Shown: positions 56,050 through 64,000 of the stretch, one piece after another
Layout: each line of letters opens with the position of its first letter
Numbering within the stretch: position 1 is the first letter of the stretch
Origin: Antechinus flavipes
Lineage: Eukaryota
Direction: 5' to 3'
Assembly (NCBI RefSeq): GCF_016432865.1
Contig: NC_067403.1
Coordinates: 254,138,001-254,202,000 of the forward strand
Length of the DNA stretch: 64,000 nt
The notes under the pieces: model-generated
Database searches by the model: none
Told to the model about the DNA's origin: nothing
The model's input: the letters and a program-made list of their open reading frames with translations, nothing else
Program-made: the position numbers and the translations under genes

Positions 56050-57152
56050 TTATTTGAATACAGGATTGTCTCAAAGGGTATCCTATATTTCTCTTCCCTT
56101 TTCTAGGCTAACTCCTAGAGAAAGCCATCTACATTTATTGTCTCTACTTTCTTTCCTTTTACTTCTCCATTCTTTACAATCCGGTGTTATGATTCAATTG
56201 TAATTGGTCTCTCCAAAGTATCAATGATCTCTTAATTTTCAAACCCAGTGTTTTTTCTCAGGCTTCCTCCATTGTGACCTCTGTAGCATCTGACAATATT
56301 CTGGAAATTTTCTTCTCTCTGGTTTTTTGTGACACACTTTTCCTCTTACTCAGTTAATCACCCTTTCTCAACCTCCATTGCTGGATATTACCCATATTCT
56401 ACTCTCTAGGAAAGAGTGCCTGTGCCCTCTCTCTATGTACATAATTTCCTAGAGATAAATATCTAACTCCAATCTCTCTCCCGATCTCTTATACCACATC
56501 ACCAATTGTCTTTTGGATATCTTATATTGGATGTCCCATAGGCATCTCAAACTCAATATAGCCCTTTCTTCCCGCATCTGCCTCTCTTTCTAACTTCTCA
56601 ACTTTTGCTTGACTATATCTTTTTTTTTTTTGACTATATTTTTTGTTGTTCAATAGCTGTTTCACTCATGCCTACCTCTTCACGACCCCTTTTGGAATTT
56701 TCTTGGCAGAGATACTGGAGTGACTTGCTATTTCCTTCTCCAGCTCATTTTACAGATGAGGAAACTGAGGCAAGCAGGGTATAGTGACTTGTCCAGGAAG
56801 TGTCTAACTGTGTTAAAAAAGCTCGAGTGGTTCCATGCTGCCTCTGGGATCAAATGTAACCTCTCCTGTTTGGCATTTAAAACTCCTTATAACTTTCTTT
56901 CAACTTCACTTTCTAGGTTTATTACGTATTACATGGCTTCCCATAGAAAAGTTGGCTGCTTCAGCCCAGTCATAGTTTACTTTGTTGTTTTCCATATTTG
57001 ACTATCCATCTTTCACCTTTGTACCTTTCCAAGGCTCTTTCCTAGAATATTCTCTACTTTTACCTCTCAGAATCCCTCATTTGCTTCCAAACGCCAGCAA
57101 GGGCCACCACTACTGCTCTCTCCTGTTGCCCCTTTGTATTTATTTGGTATTG

Positions 57153-57198
<46 letters not shown>

Positions 57199-57260
57199 TA
57201 TTTTTCCCAATAGAGTGTAATCTCCTGTAAGGCAGGCACTTTCTTTGTACTGTTGGTGTC
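56050..57260 (+). mobile_element. L2 fragments with a nested Mar1-like SINE (~56660-56790)
   Basis: L2 body text CTCCAAAGT..CAATGATCTCTTAATT and GGATGTCCCATAGGCATCTCAAACTCAA. Confidence 0.55.
57154..57194. repeat. (GT)n microsatellite
   Basis: Seen directly. Confidence 0.9.
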
Positions 57261-58339
57261 TAGCACATAGGAAATGGTGATGATAAAATGCTCATGGGGT
57301 GAATATTATGATTTGAACAAGGTCATAGTAGCAGATGAGGATTAGAATCCTGCTCTCCCGACTTAGAATCCAGTGTGATTTCTGTTAGCCCATGTTTCAG
57401 GCTCTCCTCTTTTTTTTTTTTTAGCTCTTAGAGGCTGCAAGGACTTTCTATTTTCTCTTCCTGTTGGCCTCCACAGGCAGGGCCTACATCTGGGCTGGTG
57501 CATAGCAGGCACTTGATGAACCCAGTCCTGAAGTCGGAAGGACAATCTATCAGCTACACAGGTAACTTCTTCCTCCAGGGAGTCACTGGCTTGTTCTGAG
57601 GATGTGACTCCTTCCCCACAGTGTTCCTGGCTAGGACCAACCAGCCCTGGACAGAGTTCAGAAGAAGCAAGGGGAGATCTTGCTGACCCAGAGCAGCCAG
57701 AGCCCGGGACTGCGTCTCATTATCACTAGAACAGCTTGGCGCAGAAAGCTTTCTATGGCCAAGCTGTTCTCACTCAGGGATGGCTGCCTGAACTGATGGG
57801 ACGGGCGGAGAGGATGAGCAGAGGCTTTTCTTGAAAGAGAAAAAGCAATGAGTGAGGGCTTCCTGGCAAGTGGAAGCTGCAATGGCTCTGAGGAGGTTCT
57901 CTGGTGCTCATGAAAGCCTCTCTCTAAGCTTGCTGATACTGGAAGTATCTTTGCTGCAATGTTTAATATTAATATAACAACATTATCATTATACAATAAA
58001 ATTGCCAATGATATTATATAATATTTATAATAATAAAGTTGTAAAGTACATATATACATGTATATATATATATTTGTGTGTTTCTCTCTGTGCATATATA
58101 TATTATATATAATATATAGTACATATATACATGTCTGTATATATTTGTGTGTTTCTGTGTATGTGTATATACATGCCCTGTTTTTATTCTTCACAACAGC
58201 TCTGTGAGGAAAGTACTAAGATTGTTCCCATTTTATGGATGAAGAGATTGAGTCTCAGAGAGATTAAATGCCCTGCCCTCAGCAATATCATCTAGCAATT
58301 TCAGAAGCAGCATTAAAACCTGGATCTTCCTGGTTTTTT

Positions 58340-58790
58340 TTTTTGGGGGGGGGTAATAATAGCCTTTTATTTTTCAAAATACATGCAAAGACAATTTTCA
58401 ACATTCACCCTAGCAAAACTCTGTATTCCAAATTTTTCTCTTTCCCTCCCTCCCCTTTCCCTAGACAGCAAATAATCCAATATAGGTTAAACACGTGCAG
58501 TTCTTCTACATATATTTCCATATATATCATGCTGCACAAGAAAAATCAGCTCAAAGAGGAAGGATGAGAAAATAAAAAACAAGCAAATAAACAACAACTA
58601 AATAGAGCAAATACTATTTATGATCCACATTCAGTGCCCATAATCCTCTTTCTGGATGCAGAAGTCTCTCTCCATCCCAAGTCTATTGGAATCGGCCTGA
58701 ATCACCTCATTTTGAAATGAGCCAAGTCTATCACTTGTCGATCTTCACAGGATCTTGTTGTTGTCATGTACAATGTTCTCTTGAGTCTAC
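58340..58790 (-). mobile_element. 5'-truncated L1 3' UTR fragment
   Basis: Marsupial L1 3' UTR text TTTTCAAAATACATGCAAAGACAATTTTCAACATTCACC. Confidence 0.7.
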
Positions 58791-60127
58791 TGATTTCATT
58801 TAGCATCAGAAAGCAGCACTTTATTTGCTACATGTGGACTGGGAAGCATCAATAACCACCAAGTATAAAATTAGGGGATCTCTTTCTCACTAGAAGCTGG
58901 GGACCCTAGAACTGAACCAGTTCCCAATCCCATGAATGATGAGGGAGAGGAAGGAGGGGGTGCCCCAGCCTTGCAGGCTCAGCCAAGGCATTTTTCAGGC
59001 AGATTATAATAGGAGTAATGGGTTACTGATTCATGTTTTTGGTAGTTTCAATGTGATCTTAGGAGTCTTTTGTGTTGCAAGCATTTCTTTTGTAGGGGGA
59101 AATAAATAGCTGTCCTATATACCTACTATCTTTTCCTTCCCTTTTGCTAAAAGTCTAAGGGAGAGTTGGCAGAGTCTCAAACCACATGCTCAGTGAGAAG
59201 GAAAGAGAGAGAGATCGGAAGTTGTTTCGATTTTTTAAAAGGCTATTGAGTGAGCAGTTCTTCCAGCTCAGTAACCAGTCCTCTCTGGCACAATGTCTCT
59301 TACCTTCCCCCTCTCTCATCAAAGGGGACCTTAAGTCAGAGCACAGGGCTATCCCAACTTCACAAATATAAAAATAGAGGAGGGATGCTCAGTCAGCAGT
59401 TTGGGGAAGCTCTGGCAATCTCAGGGGACCCCCAGCTCCATCTGAGCGGGACTCAGTGGGATGGAGTACAAAAGCAAGGTGCCCCGGGCTGCATTAAGAG
59501 AGCAGAGCTAGGGACAGGGACATGCTACTGTCTTCTCCCCCAGTAGACTTCATCGGCAGTACTATGTTTCTTTAATTGAATTTATCCGGTTTTTCTGTGT
59601 GATTAGTACAAATACCAGAGCTGATCAGATTAATGATTTTTCTGTGGGATAATTTGGAAAGGCATTTGGCTGAACCGATGTCATCTGACTGGTAATAAAT
59701 TTTGTCTCATGTTTTAAGTACACGGTGTATGTTATTATTGTAGTTCTAAATTCTTTTATATTTAAAAACTGGGAAGCCATTGTGTCTGAATTAGACAAAC
59801 AAGTTTTTAAAAATCTGGATGCTGTTAGATCATGAATTGAGTTTTCAAAAGAATGTGACCAAAATAGATATTTGAAAACTGATAAGTATTTAATGGGGTA
59901 TATTTTATTTTAAAACACATAATCACAAGGAGTTTACTATGAGAGAGTAAATTATTATTTAAAAATTTTTAGCTCTCACATAAAAATTATGAAAATGTGT
60001 AGGATGGGGTAGGTAGGTGAGCAGTGGATGGAGCATCCACTTCTATTTTAAAGTATCTGATAATTTTAAAACATAGAAGAGTTCAATTTCCAAGTTAGAC
60101 CCTTGTGATTTAAAAAAAAAGATTCTT

Positions 60128-61130
60128 TTTAAAAATTATAACCTTTTTATTGGCAGAACATATGCCTGGGTAATTTTTTTTACAACATTATCCCTTGCAC
60201 TCACTTCTGTTCTGATTTTTCCCTTCCCTCTCTCTACCTCCTCCCCCCCAGATGGCAGGTAGTCTCATACATGTTAAATATGTTATAGTATATCCTAGAT
60301 ACAATATATGTGTGTAGAACTGAACAGTTCTCTTATTGCACAGGAAGAATTGGATTCAAAAGGTAAAAGTAACCTGGGAAAAAAATAAAAATGCAAATGG
60401 TTTACACTCATTTTTCAGTGTTCCTTCTCTGGGTGTAGCTGCTTCTATCCATCATTGATCGATTGGAACTGATTTAGATCTTCTCTTTGTCGAAGAAATC
60501 CACTTCCATCAGAATACATCCTCATACAGTATTGTTGTTTAAGTGTATAATAATCTCCTGGTTCTGCTCATTTCACTCAGCATCCGTTCATGTAACCCTC
60601 TCCAGGCCTCTCTGTATTCATCCTGCTGGTCATTTCTTACAGAACAATAATATTCCATAACGTTCATATACCACAATTTACCCAGCCATTCTCCAATGGA
60701 TGGGCATCCATTCATTTTCCAGTTTCTAGCCACTACAAACAGGGCTGCCACAAACATTCTTGCACATACAGGTCCGTTTCCCTTTTTTTAGTATCTCTTT
60801 GGGATATAAGCCCAGGAGTAACACTGCTGGATCAAAGGGTATGCACAATTTGATAACTTTTTGGGCATAATTCCTGATTGCTCTCTAGAATGGTTGGATT
60901 CGTTCACAACTCCACCAACACCATCAATGTCCCAATTTTCCCGCATTCCCTCCAGCATTCATCATTATTTTTTCCTGTCATCTTAGCCAATCTGACAGGT
61001 GTGTAGTGGTATCTCAGAGTTGTCTTAATTTGCATTTCTCTGATCAATAGTGATTTGGAACATCCTTTCATATGAGTGGAGATAGTTTCAATTTCATCAT
61101 CTGAAAATTGTCTGTTCATATCCTTTGACC
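60128..61130 (-). mobile_element. 5'-truncated L1 (ORF2 C-terminus plus 3' UTR) with a 16-bp TSD
   Basis: MFVAALFVVARNWK..CPSIGEWLGKLWY and EMQIKTTLRYHYTPVRLAKM; TSD AAAAAAAAA(G/A)ATTCTT at 60112-60127 and 61131-61146. Confidence 0.92.
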
Positions 61131-62599
61131 AAAAAAAAAAATTCTTATATCAGATACCTGGTATAGATAAAGATAAAAACAGCAAATGGTATGCAAAAAC
61201 AGAAATTCTCTAAGTTTTAGGGGAATTATGGGTTCTCAATTTGATGTTCTTCTTAAAGCCCTGATGGTAATAGGATCAGATGCACTTAAAGGACCCAGAT
61301 TCAAATCCTGTTTCAGACATTTACTATCTCTGTGACTCTAGGCAGGTCACTAATCCCATTGTCTCCAAAAATCCCCAAAGAAACAAAAAAGAAAATGCAT
61401 AGGGTGGTTTAAGCATGTAATTTCAACACATTGTATTGAATGCAATGTATTGAATGTAGTTAAAATGTAGCTAGTTTATTGTAGTTAATTTATAAATGTA
61501 AATATATAAATATAAAATGTAGTTTATTTATAAAGAACAAGTGAAATATAATTGTTACAAAAATACTATAAAATTAATGCTATTCGATCCCTAAGCTGTG
61601 GTTAATGAAATTTGCTATTTGAGGTAAAAATTCTTGCATTGGGTTTTGGTTATGGAGAGGATCACCTTAAATGTCATAAAGCCAATAGTAGAAAATGGCA
61701 TATGTTGCAGTCTGAGAGCCTGGGAAAAGTTGAGGGAACAATCATTATAGGGCCTAAGGTAGAAGCCTTTTGACTCAGTTTCCTCATTGTGCTATTTCCT
61801 TTTTGAACAGAAAATTTCCTCACCAGGTTTATTCTAAGTCTTGCTTTTGATACCCTGGGACTACATGAGTGGCTGTCAGATAGGACACATGCCTGGAATC
61901 AAACAGAATTTAGGGAATTTTCCCTCTGTTATATGATATATGTCAGGTCACTCTGTGTTCTTGAAGGGACAAATCTTGACACTGCTAAAACTACGTACTT
62001 TTCATAGCAGATTTCTCTAAGCAGGGCTGGTGAAGCAGTGCTTTTATTAGTACATTACTAAATCTATAAATTTTAAATAAATGACTGATACTGGAATATT
62101 TCTGATTTATTATAATGGAATGCAAGCAGGAAACATCTTACATTTTTATCTATATTTATTGTCAAAATATAATATAGAAATAGCATTCCCTGTATTATAT
62201 TCTCCTCAAGGGGAAATTAGATAAAGTAATAAGGCAAAGATATAATGTAAAAGTTTTCTAATTAAATGGAATAGTAAAATTTGAGAAAGCAACAGGATTA
62301 GACTGTTTTCTCCAGGAACTATTCTATGTATAAAATTGGCTTCTAAATGCATCTAGCATAGACTGTGTGTATGTTTTAGTAATAAATCTGCAAATTGGAT
62401 TAAGGATTTATTTTTAAAATTGTATTCAGAGTTGAAAGTGAAACTATTCACTTAATCTGATCATTTTAAAAGACAGAAGAGTTCATTTTACGAGTTAGAC
62501 CCTTGTGTATTAAAAAAAAAGATTCTTATATCAGATACCTCATGTAAATAAAGAAAAAAACAAATGGTTACTGAGTCTGTATCTCAAGGAAATCTTAAA

Positions 62600-63260
62600 G
62601 TGTTTGTGACAGATCTTTTTGTGGGGACAAAGAATTGGAAAATGAATGGATGCCCATCAGTTGGGGAAAGGCTAAACAAGTGGTGGTATATGAAGGTAAT
62701 GGAATAGTATTGTTCTATAAAAAAATGATGAACAAGCTGAAATAGAAAGGCCAGAAAAGATTTATATGAACTGATGCTGAGAGAAATAAGTGGAACCAGG
62801 AATACACTGTACACAGTAATAGCAAAAATGTGTGATGATCAATTATAAAAGATTTGGTTCCTCTCAGTGGTTCAGTGATCCAAAGCCATCACAATAGACT
62901 TTGTTTCTTTTCTTTTCTTTGAGGCCTTTGGGGGTAAGTGACTTGCCCAGGGTCACACAGCTAGGAAGTATTAAGTGTCTGAGACCATATTTGAACTCAG
63001 ATTCTCCTGACTTCAGGGCTGGTGCTCTATCCACTGCACCATCTAGCTACCTCCCAATAGACTTTGGGCAGAAAATGCCATCTGCATTCAGAAAAAGAAC
63101 TAAGGAGATTGAATGTAAACCAACACATGCTATGTTCACTTCTTTTTTCTGTTTTTTTTTTCCCTCTCTCCTATGGTTTTTTCCTTTTGATCTGATTTTT
63201 CTCTCCCAACATGATTCATAAAATAATGTGTATTAAAAATAAATCTACAAGAAAAAACTT
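62600..63260 (+). mobile_element. L1 3' fragment interrupted by a minus-strand WSINE1-like SINE (62905-63053)
   Basis: L1 ORF2-end text GAATTGGAAAATGAATGGATGCCCATCAGTTGGGG; SINE head reverse complement ending CCATCTAGCTACCTC. Confidence 0.8.
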
Positions 63261-63512
63261 CAAAACAACAAACAATACACAAAAACAAAAAAAAAAATCT
63301 AAGTTTCAGATGAATTATGGGTTCCCAATTTGACATTCTTCTTAAAGCTCTGTTGTTAATAGGATCAGAACCATAAGGCTTGAGCTGGTTTTCATCACAT
63401 GAACTAGTTATTGGAAAACCAAATTTAAGAGATTGTACTAAATCCTATTAAGTCTTGTTATTGGCAGATTTTATCAGAATTATCTAGGAATCTCTACAAG
63501 TGATTTGGAACC

Positions 63513-64000
63513 AGAAAAGCAGAACTCCCTTCAGAGATGCTCTGGGGCTACCCTTTGATCCAACAGACTAACTACTGGATCTATATCTCAAAGAGATCTC
63601 AAAGAGATCAACAATGTTTGTAGCAACTCTTTTTGTGGTGGCAATTGGAGATTGAGTGGATGCCCATCCGTTGGAGAATGGCTGAGTAAGTTATGGTATA
63701 TGAGTGTAATGGAATATTATTGTTCTCTAAGAAATAACGAGCAGATGAATTTCAGAAAAACCTGGAAAGACTTTTGCCGAGTGAAGTGAACAGAACCAGA
63801 AGAACACTGTACACAGTAACAGCAAGATTATGGGATGATCAGCTGGGACAGACTTGGCTCTGCTCAACAATGTTGTGATTCAAGACGATTCCAATTGACG
63901 TGGGATGGAAAATTCCATCTGTAGCCCGAGAAAGAATTATGGAGAGTGAATGTGAATCAAAGCATTCTCTTTTCACCTTTTTGTTTTTTCTTTCCCATGG
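63513..64000 (+). mobile_element. L1 ORF2 end/3' UTR fragment
   Basis: TTTGATCCAACA..ACTACTGG, GGATGCCCATCCGTTGGAGAATGGCTGAGTAAGTTATGG. Confidence 0.8.

Larger units (their letters stand above)
59540..63512 (+). other. Interrupted AT-rich, coding-like relic with a duplicated segment; identity unknown
   Basis: Stop-poor frames (e.g. NWEAIVSELDKQVFKNLDAVRS, IMGSQFDILLKALLLIGSE); segment 60054-60127+61147-61281 is repeated at 62455-62570+63297-63370. Confidence 0.35.

Noticed and set aside
57658-58194. 178-aa minus-strand ORF
   Set aside because: The N-terminal half is a TA-rich microsatellite translation; the rest is unrecognised.
61883-61990. GHMPGI and EGTN as mononegaviral polymerase motifs B and C
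   Set aside because: They are in different frames and their spacing (71 nt versus about 93) and flanks do not fit; treated as chance until searched.

Overview
Marsupial genomic DNA from a gapped assembly (5 N-runs). The repeat content (WSINE1-like and Mar1-like SINEs, an RTE LINE, a dasyurid-type L1 3' UTR) suggests an Australian dasyurid, but the species is inferred, not shown. The region appears syntenic with human 11q12.3 (CHRM1-SLC22A6-SLC22A8). It holds two minus-strand organic anion transporter genes in tandem. One is a complete SLC22A6/OAT1 (10 coding exons, 47790->37593, 551 aa, all GT-AG). Directly downstream lies a second, apparently intact and deeply diverged OAT gene (35855->~22062) with the same exon sizes; the human locus has no gene at this position to my knowledge. 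Bases 1-21.5 kb have no recognisable coding exons but include two CpG-rich blocks, probably the CHRM1 5' regulatory region (synteny only), with co-oriented CTCF motifs at the boundary. Bases 49-64 kb are AT-rich and repeat-dense: a rearranged RTE, L1/L2/L3 fragments, an inverted duplication and a duplicated, degraded, coding-like relic of unknown origin. No SLC22A8 exons, RNA genes or CRISPR arrays were seen. Repeat boundaries are approximate and were identified by eye.
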